A stretch of DNA of 64,000 nt from Candidatus Bathyarchaeota archaeon (GCA_963767735.1 CAVYES010000004.1:384001-448000), one strand, 5' to 3'. Positions 28,782-39,570 are shown, counted from the first letter of the stretch. A program made the numbers and translations. Notes: a model not told the origin generated them from the letters alone.

Positions 28782-31208
28782 TTAAGCTGCTCTTTGAGTT
28801 GAATGCAGCGCAGGGGAAGTTCCGTGTTTCTTTGTTGGTTGCTGCATTTTTTTTGAGAGCTGGTATAGTAAACTGCTTATTGCTATGGCGAAAGCTGGGA
28901 AAGCTGGAAGGATGTACCAGTAAAGTTTTGTTTGCGCAAAAGTGAACACTGCCAGCACGATTACCATCCATAAAAGAATTAAAGTGTCTTCTTTTAAACG
29001 CTTAAAAACCGCGTTGAATGCGCAAAGTGCAGCCGCAAAAGGCAGCAGTATTACCCAAAGCAGGTTTTCGTTATTGGCTAAGTAGCTAAAATAATACAGA
29101 TAGCCTCCGGCGTGGCCCTCAATGGGACTAACTGTTCGCGTAACGTCAGCGTAGAGGAAAAACCATTGCCAAAACTTCAATCCAAAATTGACGTCCATAT
29201 AGATTAGCCATGGAGAAAAAACCAGAATACCTACTCCCCAAAAAAGGGTAAAGTGTTTTGTGAGGAGAAACCTGATGCTTCTGTGTGTTGCGATGAGATA
29301 CGTGAAGATGATTAGTGGAATGAGTAAGGCTTCAATCTGTTTTGTCATTAGCGCCAACCCGAAAAATAAGCCGCTTAACGCTGCGTATCGGTAGGGTTTT
29401 TCTGTTTTTTCGCTTAAAACAAAAAAGTACAAGCTGCCCAAAATAAAGAAAACTAGTGGAATATCGGTCATTGCGAGTCGTGCAAACACGTAGAAGGTTG
29501 TAGATGTGCCTAAAACAAGCGCCGACATGAACCCAACATAACGATTGTAAAGTGTTTTTCCCAAATAGAAGACAAGCACCAAGGACAAGGTGCCAAATAC
29601 GGCGCTAAAAAACCTTGATGAGAAATTGTTAACGCCGAAGACCTGGTAAGCGAGAGATATCAGCCACATGTTAAGCGGCGGTTTAGCTATCCAAAGTGTT
29701 GAAACGCCAAAAGCCCAAGGAGTCAGGTAGTCCCCTGTTTTAACCATGTGGTATGCCCATTGAGAGTACGTTTGTTCATCGGCGGCTCGAAGAACTCCGC
29801 TCTCTAAATTAATGAAGAATATTGTTGAAAAAGCCAAAATTAGCAAAATGCAAACGGCATCGGCGTGAGCTGAGAACCAGGAGGCGTTTTGAGCCGAAAT
29901 ACTTGTGGCTTTAGCGCTTCGCTTAGCCCGCCAATTTGGAAGAGCAAAAAACACGATTGCAAAAATAATCACAGCCCCAGCAAAACACGCAATCACATCA
30001 AAAGCAATTACCGTCCACGCTAAAGGGCTGCTAGATTTCAAAGCTGAAGTTTCAAGATTGGAATCGTATAAGGCAAAAGCGTAGATGTGATTGTCATCGG
30101 AGCCAACGTAAAGTGTACCATTCGCAATGGCTGGTGAGGAGTCCACGAAATTTCCAGTCGGGTAACTCCATTCCTTTGCGCCTGTTGAAGCGTTAAAGCA
30201 GTAAATGTTGTTGTCTTCTGAGCCGACGTAGACGTTGCCACTTGCAACTGCAGGTGAAGACCAGACCCAATACCCTGTTGGAGTTTGCCATATTTTCTGG
30301 CCGTTTGTAGCGTTTAGGCAATAAAGGTTATTGTCTTCGGAGCCAACATAAACGCAGCCGTAGGCGACAGCTGGGGAAGAGGTCACTGAATCTTGAGTTT
30401 GAAATTTCCAAATCTGGGCGCCTGTGGAGCCATCTAAACAGAAAACATAGCCGTCGATTGAGCCTGTGTAGACGTAACCATCGTATACGCTGGGCGAGGA
30501 GATGCTGCTTCTAGTGTAGCGGTTCCATATCTCGTTACCTGAAGATGCATTAAGAGCGTAAACAAAATAGTCGTCGGAGTCAACATACACTATACCGTCT
30601 GAAACCGCGGGAGACGACTCAACCTCGCCATAGGTGGTGTATTTCCAGAGTTTTGCGCCGCTTGTGGCGTTCAAAGCGTATACATTGTCGTCGTCTGAGC
30701 CTATGTAGACTACGCCGTTGGCAACTGCAGGAGACGAAGTAACCTTGCCTCCGGTGGGGAAGTTCCAGAGTTTTGCGCCATCAGTTGCGTTCAAAGCATA
30801 AACGTTGGCGTCTTCTGAGCCTACATAGACAATCCCGTTGTAAATAGCAGGCGACGACTCCACCGCATCTCCGGTTGGGTAGTACCATACTAGTTGGCCG
30901 TTGGAGGCGTTAATGCAGTAAACTGCGCAATCAACAGAACCTACATAAACGTAGCCGTCCGCGACTGCGGGCGAAGATACAACACCTTGCATCGTTGTGA
31001 AATTCCACAAGAGCTCAGCCGAATCGGTTGAGATAATACCCGTTGCGGTGCCGCTGTGGCTGGGGTCATTACGGAACATTGTCCAATCGGAGGTGGAGCT
31101 GGCGTTTCCTGAGGCTACCGACATGCAATATGGTGAAATCAGGATAAGAAAAATAAGAATGGTTAGCATCCACTTGTGCTTTCTCATTGTCACCATACAA
31201 GAAACCAC
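28782..31208 (-). CDS. PQQ-type beta-propeller fused to ArnT/PMT-family (GT-C) glycosyltransferase
   Basis: Eight propeller repeats, a TM helix, then DEQTY, KPPL, SRFFSA, ARLAMTD, MTKQ and TKLYWYILP ArnT-like motifs. Confidence 0.88.
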   Translation of the reverse strand: MVSCMVTMRKHKWMLTILIFLILISPYCMSVASGNASSTSDWTMFRNDPSHSGTATGIISTDSAELLWNFTTMQGVVSSPAVADGYVYVGSVDCAVYCINASNGQLVWYYPTGDAVESSPAIYNGIVYVGSEDANVYALNATDGAKLWNFPTGGKVTSSPAVANGVVYIGSDDDNVYALNATSGAKLWKYTTYGEVESSPAVSDGIVYVDSDDYFVYALNASSGNEIWNRYTRSSISSPSVYDGYVYTGSIDGYVFCLDGSTGAQIWKFQTQDSVTSSPAVAYGCVYVGSEDNNLYCLNATNGQKIWQTPTGYWVWSSPAVASGNVYVGSEDNNIYCFNASTGAKEWSYPTGNFVDSSPAIANGTLYVGSDDNHIYAFALYDSNLETSALKSSSPLAWTVIAFDVIACFAGAVIIFAIVFFALPNWRAKRSAKATSISAQNASWFSAHADAVCILLILAFSTIFFINLESGVLRAADEQTYSQWAYHMVKTGDYLTPWAFGVSTLWIAKPPLNMWLISLAYQVFGVNNFSSRFFSAVFGTLSLVLVFYLGKTLYNRYVGFMSALVLGTSTTFYVFARLAMTDIPLVFFILGSLYFFVLSEKTEKPYRYAALSGLFFGLALMTKQIEALLIPLIIFTYLIATHRSIRFLLTKHFTLFWGVGILVFSPWLIYMDVNFGLKFWQWFFLYADVTRTVSPIEGHAGGYLYYFSYLANNENLLWVILLPFAAALCAFNAVFKRLKEDTLILLWMVIVLAVFTFAQTKLYWYILPAFPAFAIAISSLLYQLSKKMQQPTKKHGTSPALHSTQRAA

Positions 31209-31645
31209 TTGTTGGCGACTACAATATATTAAACTAATTGAAGTTCAAGAGTCATCAACGGCCTGGGTCAGCGTAACCGCATTTTGGGCAAACTGCATTC
31301 TCGGGAACCGTGGCGCGGCAATGAGGACATGTAGACATACCGAATTTTTCTCCTTAATACGGTTAGAACGAACAGAAATTATTTGTGATTAAAGTTTTCT
31401 GCCAGCAAAACTAACGTTACACACCTGCTTTTTTATGGCTCAGCCGAAAAAGCTTACGTGAAACGACAATGTTATTGCTGTCGCTTTCATTATTATATGC
31501 TTGGCACTTGGGGTGGCGGGGACTCTGGCGATTGGCTTTGGAAAAATTTATTTGGTGTTTGTGGGTGTTTTCCGCAAAGAATAAATCGTTAGTCAAGCCT
31601 GTTCCTTCACCTCATAGCTTCGCTGCAACCCTGTGGAGAAAGCTA

Positions 31646-32620
31646 ATGAAGCTACGGCTATCCAAAAAAACTGCAATCACCTTAATCATCCTTTTAGCAG
31701 TACTGCTGAACTTTAGCATTTTTTGTTTCGCGTATCCTCAAACGTTTACGCCAGAATCGCCTAATCTTGCCAGAGATTTTTCAGCCTACTACAATGGGGA
31801 ATGGCGATTGTTCCACAATCCAAGCCAAATCTACAATGGAAGCGGTCAGCCGGGCGATTATCAGATTCTTGGGCAGCCGCAAGCTTTCAAGTATACTCCT
31901 TCCTTTCTGATACTTTTTGCGCCATTTTTAACCTTAAGCTACCAGAACGCGCTGAACGCTTTTGACATAATGCAGTTCCTTTCAATTCTAGCTTTGGCTT
32001 TCTTTGTCTACAAGCTTGTTGAAAATAAAAACCTCTTTCTCGGCGCTATAGTTGCAGTAATTGTTTTGGTTGATCCCCTGCTTTTTGCGCCTTCAGCAAG
32101 TTACTCTGCCGCTAACTTTCTGCATTACCGACTCTTAAGCCTGCATGTTCAGACTTTCTCGCCAAGTTACTACTGTGGATATCTCTTAGCAAACGCTCAC
32201 ATCCTCCAAACAGTCTTGTTAGTGGGTGCTTTGTATTTTGGATTCGCCAAAAAACCTTGGCTTTCAGCGTTGTTGTTTGCGTTCGGCTTATTTGACCCGC
32301 GGAGCGCGCTTTTTGCATTACCGCTGCTTTTGTGGTATAACAGGCACTCGATATGGGCATTCATTGCGGGGTCTGCTGTTTTTCTTGCGGCTACAAATCT
32401 CCCATTCTTCTTCTATTACGGTGTCGGCTTTGCATTCTTGAAGACAGAAACCACGGGGTCAGTAGTTTCACAAATGTACCTGTATGATTGGATTCCGCTT
32501 TTTTCAATCGCCTCACTAACTATAATAGAAATAGTAACAGTCCTGTACAATCGAAAGATTTACTTTAGCCCTCCGCTAAACTTTAAAACTGAGAAATTGG
32601 CAAACCAGAAAAAACAATAA
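31646..32620 (+). CDS. GT87-like membrane glycosyltransferase
   Basis: RDFSAYY and FKYTPSF motifs, multiple TM helices; likely ATG at 31646. Confidence 0.65.
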   Translation: MKLRLSKKTAITLIILLAVLLNFSIFCFAYPQTFTPESPNLARDFSAYYNGEWRLFHNPSQIYNGSGQPGDYQILGQPQAFKYTPSFLILFAPFLTLSYQNALNAFDIMQFLSILALAFFVYKLVENKNLFLGAIVAVIVLVDPLLFAPSASYSAANFLHYRLLSLHVQTFSPSYYCGYLLANAHILQTVLLVGALYFGFAKKPWLSALLFAFGLFDPRSALFALPLLLWYNRHSIWAFIAGSAVFLAATNLPFFFYYGVGFAFLKTETTGSVVSQMYLYDWIPLFSIASLTIIEIVTVLYNRKIYFSPPLNFKTEKLANQKKQ

Positions 32621-32760
32621 GTCGAGTTATGTGCTTGTAACGCCATCTCACACGTTTTTTTAAATGTTTTAGGACTAAACTGTTTGCGTTGAGGGTAAAA
32701 GAATATATCTGTTGACTTGTCTTTGTTACTTTTCAACTTCAAGGCGAAATAGGCGGAAAT

Positions 32761-33666
32761 ATGGCGTTAGCGGATAAAATTCTGAAGCTCAAGAAAGAAA
32801 AGAAAGCTGTGATATTGGCTCATAATTATCAAAGGTCAGAAATTCAAGACATAGCTGACTACGTGGGCGACAGCATTGAGTTGAGCCGTAAAGCAGTTGA
32901 GGAAAAAGATGCTGAAATGATTGTTTTCTCAGCTGTAGATTTCATGGCTGAATCAGCAGCAATTCTTAATCCAGAAAAGAAAGTGCTTTTGCCATGTTTA
33001 GGCGCACGTTGCCCAATGGCGCAGATGCTTACGGTCGATGAGATAAAACGTGCTAAAGCCCAATACCCAAAAGCTCCAGTAGTGCTGTACGTGAACACGT
33101 TAGCCGTGTGCAAAGCCAACTGCGACGTTTGCTGCACCAGCGCCAACGCTGTAGAAGTCATAAAATCTCTCGACGCAGAAACGATACTGTTTGGCCCAGA
33201 CCATAACCTAGCCGAATACGTTTCCGAAAAAACGGGTAAAACGCTTATTTCAATTCCTGAAAATGGCTTTTGCCCAACGCACCTGCTTTTCCAGCCTGAA
33301 GACGTCACAGTTCTAAAGATGCAGCATCCAGACGCGACCGTTATGGTTCACCCTGAATGCAGTTCAGAGATGCGCAAATTAGCTGATTACGTCGGCAGCA
33401 CCTCAAAAATGTGTCGCTACGCCAAAGAATCCACCGCCAAAAACTTCATAGTCGGCACCGAAGAAGGCATCCTGCACAGATTGCGAAAAGAGAACCCAGA
33501 AAAAAACTTTTACTTGGCTTATCAAGATGCGATTTGCCCGAACATGAAGTTGACAACGCTTGATCGCTTGTATGTTGCGTTGAAAGAGGAGAAGAATGTG
33601 GTTAAGGTCCCGGATGCAGTTGCAAAGAAGGCTCGGGCTTCACTGGAACGCATGTTTGAAGTTTAA
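32761..33666 (+). CDS. nadA: quinolinate synthase
   Basis: ILAHNYQ, VGDS, FMAE, CPMA, YVNT, CTSANA, VHPEC and CPNMK motifs. Confidence 0.97.
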   Translation: MALADKILKLKKEKKAVILAHNYQRSEIQDIADYVGDSIELSRKAVEEKDAEMIVFSAVDFMAESAAILNPEKKVLLPCLGARCPMAQMLTVDEIKRAKAQYPKAPVVLYVNTLAVCKANCDVCCTSANAVEVIKSLDAETILFGPDHNLAEYVSEKTGKTLISIPENGFCPTHLLFQPEDVTVLKMQHPDATVMVHPECSSEMRKLADYVGSTSKMCRYAKESTAKNFIVGTEEGILHRLRKENPEKNFYLAYQDAICPNMKLTTLDRLYVALKEEKNVVKVPDAVAKKARASLERMFEV

Positions 33667-33739
33667 GCCGCTTATTATTCTACATCGCAAGTATTATTAG
33701 CCAACTAACCGATAGTTATTTGCATCACGTGATGAGATA

Positions 33740-36700
33740 ATGAGAAAGTCACCGTTAGGGCTACTCTTGTGTGCTCTAATTGTTGTTTCTCTGGTTTCAG
33801 CCACAACGATGCACTTTAGCGGGGCGCAAAGTTCAGGGACAAACGTCAGTGGCACACTTACTTCAGACACCACTTGGACATCAGCAAACAGCCCGTACAA
33901 CTTGACGGGAAATGTCAACGTCAATAGCGGAGTAACTCTATATATTCAGCCCGGAGTCACCGTAAACTTCAACAATTATGTTTTAAATAACTATGGAACG
34001 CTAAATGCCCAAGGAACCCTGAACGATCTGATAAATCTAAATCTCTCCGACAATGGTAATGAACCTGGCGTTGACCCCGCGATAGATTTCGAAATGAGTA
34101 GTACAAGTTGGAATCAGCAAACGAGTACGGGCTCAATCATCGAATATGCAGTCATCAATTCAGCTTGGCAACCTGCAACAATACTTATCGACTCTGTTTC
34201 GCCCAAAATTTATTTGGACACCATCAACTATTGTGGTCCTCACAGCGGCGGAGGCCCCCTGATTGATGTCGAAGGGACAAACGCAAATCCAATAATAGCT
34301 AACAACACAGTTGCAGGCGATATTTATGCTCAGGGGGGATTAATCTGCAACAACACAATTAACACCGCTGCGTTGTCAAATGGGGATTCTGCGCTTGGTA
34401 TATGGGGAAACGTAACTGTCTTAGGCAATTTATTGTGCGGTGGCTATTATGGAATTTATGCATCAGGCAACGATGGCGATAACGTCCTTGTTCAAAACAA
34501 CCTGATTGTTAATAATACCTACGGCGTAGGGGTGGGATTAGCTAATGGATTTAGTCTTTTGATGCAGAACAACACAGTTTCTGATAATACCTACGGCGTC
34601 TACCTATCATCCCAGTCAAGTCCTGAGTCCGCTAACCTAACCATCCAAAGCAACAATATTTTTAATAACCGCATCTTCAATTTTCAGATAACCCTTACAT
34701 CTGATTTTAATGCCACTTCCAATTGGTGGGGAACAACTAATACCACGGCCATAAGCCAGGCAATTTATGACTTCAAATACGACTTCAACTTAGGCACAGT
34801 TAACTTTTTACCATTTCTAAACGCCCCTAACCCAATGGCTCCAGCGTATACTTCAAATTGTAAAGCCCCTTCGCCCCCAGAAGCAAATGTACCACCTGGC
34901 TACACACCCGTGAGCGGAATTATAGGTTCGGATATCACTTGGACATCACCCAACAGTCCATACTTCCTTACAGGAAACATATTGGTTAACAACAGCATCA
35001 CATTGACTATTCAGCCAGGAGTCACTGTTTATTTCAACGGATTTTACATAAAAGTGAATGGCACACTAGATGCGCAGGGGACTTCCGACGACAAAATAAT
35101 ATTAAACAATCCAAGTACATCTTCGTCTTCAAACAGCCCTTCAATAATTGAGTTTGGCGGTAACAGTACAAACTGGAATCCGCAGACAAGCACTGGTTCC
35201 ATTATCGAATATGCTACCATCACCACCCAATTGCCCATTATTATTGATTCGTCTTCTCCCAAAATCGACTTAAGCACAATCAATAGTACGGCCTTTCAAA
35301 CAGGCGGCTATCACGGCATGGCCAGTTATCCCTCATCGATTCTAGTTCAAGGAACAAACCCGACGCCCATAATAGCAAACAACACCATCTTCGGAGCCAT
35401 TTTCGCTAATGGAGGGTTAATCTGTAATAACACAATTACGCGTTCATCATTGTCAGGTCTAGGGTACATCTATAACTATGGCCTTAACCTGCAGGGAAAC
35501 GTTACCGCAACAGGCAACAAACTATACAGTTTAGACCAAGGAATCACAGTGGAAGATGGATCCAACACGGTAACTTTGATACAATCGAACTTGGCATTCA
35601 ACAACACTATCGGACTCAGTATGGCAAGTTACTCCGATAACAGCAAAATAATTGTGCAGAACAACACGTTTTCTGATAACAACTATGGAATCGTATGTAC
35701 CCCTGTCTCCAGCGGGAGCCCAAATCTATCTTTAGGACGGCTAAATGGTCCTATACCAGGCAACGTAACTATCATATACAATAACCTATTCAACAACATC
35801 ATCCACAACTTAGACACAACATATTCCTCTGATTTTAACGCTTTTTTGAACTGGTGGGGAACAACCAACGCAACCACTATAGGCCAATTCATCTATGATT
35901 ACAAATACGATTTTAACTTAGGAATAATATCTTTTACCCCGTTTCTAACAGCTGCCAACCCAAACGCCCCAGCTTATACATCTACCAAACCCGCACCTTC
36001 ACCGCCCACAGCCCCACAGGCCCCTGCAGGATACACTTCAGTCGGCGGCGTCATAAACTCTGACACGATCTGGACAGCTGCAAACAGTCCCTATTGCTTC
36101 ACAGGCAATGTTTTGGTAAACAACGGCGTGACCTTAACTATTCAGCCAGGAGTAACCGTGAATTTTAATAGTTTCTATCTGCGGGTAAACGGAACATTAA
36201 CTGCTCAGGGAACAAACGGCAAAAAAATAACATTCAACATTCCCTCTCAACCTTCAAGCGCCGTAAATCAAGCAATAGGTATGTTCCCTGCGATACAGTT
36301 TGAAAGTTGTAGCTCGAGTTGGAATCCGCAAACAGGGTCGGGCTCAATAATCGAAAATGCTGTAGTGAACTCTAATTGGTTCTACACTGGGGATTCTGGA
36401 GTCTATCGCACAATAGAGGCTGATGGTGTTTCGCCAAAAATTGCCTTCAACAGCATCTCTCTTGGCTTCGGCAACAGCTATTACAATACTTTCGCAATAG
36501 CAATCTACATTCAAGGCTCTAACTCCTCACCAGTAATAGCTAACAACACTATAACTGGTGAAGTTCATGCAGACGGCGGACAAATCTGCAACAACACCGT
36601 CACAACCTTAAATCAGAATTACCCAGCAATATCTGTGCAGGGAAACACCACCGTAACAGGCAACACAGTGTATAACTCTGGCACTGCAATCTACGCCGTT

Positions 36701-37444
36701 GACTACCAACTGGATTTAGCAAACGACACCACCGCCATAAAGTCAAACTTGATTTACAACAACACCTACGGCTTAGAGCTCACGTTGGACCCTAGCTACA
36801 ACGTGTGGACCTTATACCAAAATGGCATCTTCACAGTTACATACCCAACAAATCCCAGTTTAAGCAACTATACTATGGTTGTTGAGAATAACACAATCAT
36901 TCTCAATTCCTATGGCATTTGCCTGTCAAAACAATACAATTCAACCTCGTTTACAAACCTCATCCTAACATACAACAACATCTACGACAACCGCTTCTGC
37001 AATCTACAAACTACTTACGCTACAAGCTTTAACTTCGCCTATAACTGGTGGGGCACAAATAACTCAGCAGCAATCGCCCAAACAATCATTGACGCAAACA
37101 ACGCGACCAACCCTAACACCATAACCTATCTTCCATTCCTGAATTACTCCAATGCCGCAGCTCCGATTTTCTTTTCAACTAGCCAAACAACCCAGCCCAC
37201 CCCAACACCAACCGTCACAGCAACAACAAATCCCGCACCTACAGCTACTCCAACGTCTAATTCTCATACAACCACAACTCCTACAACGACTCCCACCCTA
37301 ACCAACCCGGCTCAAACACAGTATATTTTAATAGTGATTGTAGCTGTGTTTTTGGTTGTTGTTGTTGCTTCTGTGTTTGCTTTTACTTATACAAGACGCA
37401 ATAAACTAAGGCGGTTTGCAAGTGATTTGCCGTCGAATGTTTAG
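33740..37444 (+). CDS. large surface protein with three tandem beta-helix modules
   Basis: Three modules each running from SD..WT..NSPY..TGN to NWWGT; T/P-rich linker; C-terminal TM. Confidence 0.85.
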   Translation: MRKSPLGLLLCALIVVSLVSATTMHFSGAQSSGTNVSGTLTSDTTWTSANSPYNLTGNVNVNSGVTLYIQPGVTVNFNNYVLNNYGTLNAQGTLNDLINLNLSDNGNEPGVDPAIDFEMSSTSWNQQTSTGSIIEYAVINSAWQPATILIDSVSPKIYLDTINYCGPHSGGGPLIDVEGTNANPIIANNTVAGDIYAQGGLICNNTINTAALSNGDSALGIWGNVTVLGNLLCGGYYGIYASGNDGDNVLVQNNLIVNNTYGVGVGLANGFSLLMQNNTVSDNTYGVYLSSQSSPESANLTIQSNNIFNNRIFNFQITLTSDFNATSNWWGTTNTTAISQAIYDFKYDFNLGTVNFLPFLNAPNPMAPAYTSNCKAPSPPEANVPPGYTPVSGIIGSDITWTSPNSPYFLTGNILVNNSITLTIQPGVTVYFNGFYIKVNGTLDAQGTSDDKIILNNPSTSSSSNSPSIIEFGGNSTNWNPQTSTGSIIEYATITTQLPIIIDSSSPKIDLSTINSTAFQTGGYHGMASYPSSILVQGTNPTPIIANNTIFGAIFANGGLICNNTITRSSLSGLGYIYNYGLNLQGNVTATGNKLYSLDQGITVEDGSNTVTLIQSNLAFNNTIGLSMASYSDNSKIIVQNNTFSDNNYGIVCTPVSSGSPNLSLGRLNGPIPGNVTIIYNNLFNNIIHNLDTTYSSDFNAFLNWWGTTNATTIGQFIYDYKYDFNLGIISFTPFLTAANPNAPAYTSTKPAPSPPTAPQAPAGYTSVGGVINSDTIWTAANSPYCFTGNVLVNNGVTLTIQPGVTVNFNSFYLRVNGTLTAQGTNGKKITFNIPSQPSSAVNQAIGMFPAIQFESCSSSWNPQTGSGSIIENAVVNSNWFYTGDSGVYRTIEADGVSPKIAFNSISLGFGNSYYNTFAIAIYIQGSNSSPVIANNTITGEVHADGGQICNNTVTTLNQNYPAISVQGNTTVTGNTVYNSGTAIYAVDYQLDLANDTTAIKSNLIYNNTYGLELTLDPSYNVWTLYQNGIFTVTYPTNPSLSNYTMVVENNTIILNSYGICLSKQYNSTSFTNLILTYNNIYDNRFCNLQTTYATSFNFAYNWWGTNNSAAIAQTIIDANNATNPNTITYLPFLNYSNAAAPIFFSTSQTTQPTPTPTVTATTNPAPTATPTSNSHTTTTPTTTPTLTNPAQTQYILIVIVAVFLVVVVASVFAFTYTRRNKLRRFASDLPSNV

Positions 37445-37848
37445 ACTGTTACTATTGTTGTTTTGAGGATTTTTACTCCTTTTCTCGTGGTTAATTCGTC
37501 GCTCAGTTCCCGTATTTCTGAGGCTTTACCTTTGACTGCAATGGCTTCTAGGCAGTCGCGTTCGCTTATGTGAATATGCAGTGTCGATGTAATTATTGAG
37601 GAGTGTTCATGCTGGGTTTCGGTTAGTTCACTTTCAAGTCCCTTTGCTTCATGGTCATAAACCATGAGTATGACTCCTGTTTGGATTGTGTTTTCTTCTT
37701 TAATCCATTTTTGGTCAGAAACGTATAGTCTTACTGCGTCTTGTATTGCTTTGCTGCGGCTCTCGTACCCCATTTTGCTTATGATTTCGTCGAAGTCTTT
37801 GAGGAGTTCAGGCGGGAACGTTACGCCTATACGAGTGACTTTTGACAT
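37441..37848 (-). CDS. nikR: nickel-responsive regulator NikR
   Basis: RHH N-terminus RIGVT...GYESRSKAI; YDH, QHEH and LHIHI...CLE nickel ligands. Confidence 0.95.
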   Translation of the reverse strand: MSKVTRIGVTFPPELLKDFDEIISKMGYESRSKAIQDAVRLYVSDQKWIKEENTIQTGVILMVYDHEAKGLESELTETQHEHSSIITSTLHIHISERDCLEAIAVKGKASEIRELSDELTTRKGVKILKTTIVTV

Positions 37849-37902
37849 AGAGGTCACACATTGATTGTTGGTGATTTGCACCTAAAAGGTTTTATATGTT
37901 TG

Positions 37903-37930
37903 GTAACACGTTTTTTTAATAAAGTGTTAC
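37903..37930. promoter_or_regulatory. candidate NikR operator GTAACA-N16-TGTTAC
   Basis: Perfect inverted repeat between divergent nikR and the nickel permease, with the 6-16-6 geometry of the E. coli NikR operator. Confidence 0.75.
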
Positions 37931-37944
37931 TGCGTGATCTCTGA

Positions 37945-39087
37945 GTGACCCAAGAAAACAGTAAATGCGACAGATTGGGATTAACTTTTAAGGAGAAAGC
38001 AAAAATTGGCGCCATTTACGGCGTTTTAGCAGCCGTAACAGTTGCGCTAGTATTAGTTGCAACAATGATTGGATACAAATATTCAATTTTGGCGGGGGTG
38101 GGTCTTGTGTCATACGTGCTTGGGTTGCGCCATGCTGTTGACGCTGACCATATTGCTACAATCGATAACACAACCAGAAAGCTCCTGCAGCAGGGAAAGC
38201 GGCCGGTAACAGTGGGAATGTGGTTTTCTCTGGGGCATTCAACCGTCGTAATTGCATTAACGGCTGCATTAGTGCTTTTAACCAGAGCTGTGGTAAATGC
38301 AGTTCCAGCTTTTGAAAGCGGAGGAGCCATAGTCGGCACCTCGATTAGCGGGGCATTTCTATTCATAATTGGATTAGTCAACGTTCTCATAGTATTAGAT
38401 GTGTATAAAACATTCAAGGGCTTAAAAGAAGGCAGACTTACGGGGGCTCAACTGGATGATGCTCTCAACAAAAACAGTTTTATGAATAAAACCTTTGGAA
38501 AATTATTCAAAATCGTGAACGAACCCTGGCAAATATACCCAGTAGGTATTCTCTTCGGTTTAGGTTTTGATACGGCAACTCAGATTGCCCTTATCGCCAT
38601 AACCATCGGTGTCGCTGGCAGTGTACCGTTCGGGTACGTTCTTCTGATGCCGCTTCTCTTCACCGCAGGGATGGTTACAATAGATACATCCGACGGCATA
38701 TCAATGCGGTGCGCCTACGGCTGGGCTTTTCTAAAGCCTATACGAAAAATCTACTACAACCTCACAATCACAATAATCTCCGTTCTAGTAGCTTTCGCCA
38801 TCGGAGGAATAGAGTTAATCCAGGTAGTGGCAAGTGAACTTGGCTGGACAACTGGCTTTTGGGGTTTTCTAGCTAACCTTGATTTCGAAACCATGGGTTA
38901 TGCAATCATCGCAATTTTCCTAATTTCATGGGTCGCCGCCATGGCTTACTACAGATACAAAGGATATGAAAAAACCGCTTTTCCAGCAAAACCCCCCACT
39001 TTTCCTTGCAACGCCTCAACCAAAGAAACTTCTCATATGTTTGATGCCGACGCAAGTACAATAGAAAAAATAGATAACCTATATTGA
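37945..39087 (+). CDS. high-affinity Ni/Co permease (NiCoT, HoxN/NixA family)
   Basis: GLRHAVDADH, FSLGHSTVV, LFGLGFDTA and RKIYYN motifs. Confidence 0.95.
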   Translation: MTQENSKCDRLGLTFKEKAKIGAIYGVLAAVTVALVLVATMIGYKYSILAGVGLVSYVLGLRHAVDADHIATIDNTTRKLLQQGKRPVTVGMWFSLGHSTVVIALTAALVLLTRAVVNAVPAFESGGAIVGTSISGAFLFIIGLVNVLIVLDVYKTFKGLKEGRLTGAQLDDALNKNSFMNKTFGKLFKIVNEPWQIYPVGILFGLGFDTATQIALIAITIGVAGSVPFGYVLLMPLLFTAGMVTIDTSDGISMRCAYGWAFLKPIRKIYYNLTITIISVLVAFAIGGIELIQVVASELGWTTGFWGFLANLDFETMGYAIIAIFLISWVAAMAYYRYKGYEKTAFPAKPPTFPCNASTKETSHMFDADASTIEKIDNLY

Positions 39088-39150
39088 GTGGCTGTAAGTA
39101 TTGTTTGATGTTGCAATAATTGCTATCTTTGCTGTATTCTGAATTTTGGT

Positions 39151-39570
39151 CTATGGGAGCTTTGTGATTCCTTCTATGTGATCAAAATGTTCGTCGAATG
39201 AGTATATCTCGTTTAAGCGGTTTTGTCTCATGATGTCTACAGCTAATGCATCGTTTGCTTCTAGTTTTAGGTCTTCGCCTAGTTCTACTGCCGCGAAGTA
39301 TGCGTCTCGGGTCACGTCGATTACTTTTACGTTTTCTAACATGAACAGTCCTCGGATGATATTTGTTAACTGGTCTTGTGGCATGCCCTGTTTGAGAATG
39401 TTGACAACTTCTGACACGTGAACAACGGTCAACATGACGTTTTCTTTACCCTGTGATATTTTGCTAATTATTTTTTTGGCGTGCTCCTTCATCTGATTCT
39501 CTTTTTCAGTTAACTGTTTCTTCGGCTTGTAGTATGCATAGATGAAGATGTTGGCATCCAAAAATCTCAT
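39151..39570 (-). CDS. vapC: VapC PIN-domain toxin
   Basis: FLDANIF, conserved Glu, NDAL and YSFDEHFD motifs. Confidence 0.9.
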   Translation of the reverse strand: MRFLDANIFIYAYYKPKKQLTEKENQMKEHAKKIISKISQGKENVMLTVVHVSEVVNILKQGMPQDQLTNIIRGLFMLENVKVIDVTRDAYFAAVELGEDLKLEANDALAVDIMRQNRLNEIYSFDEHFDHIEGITKLP

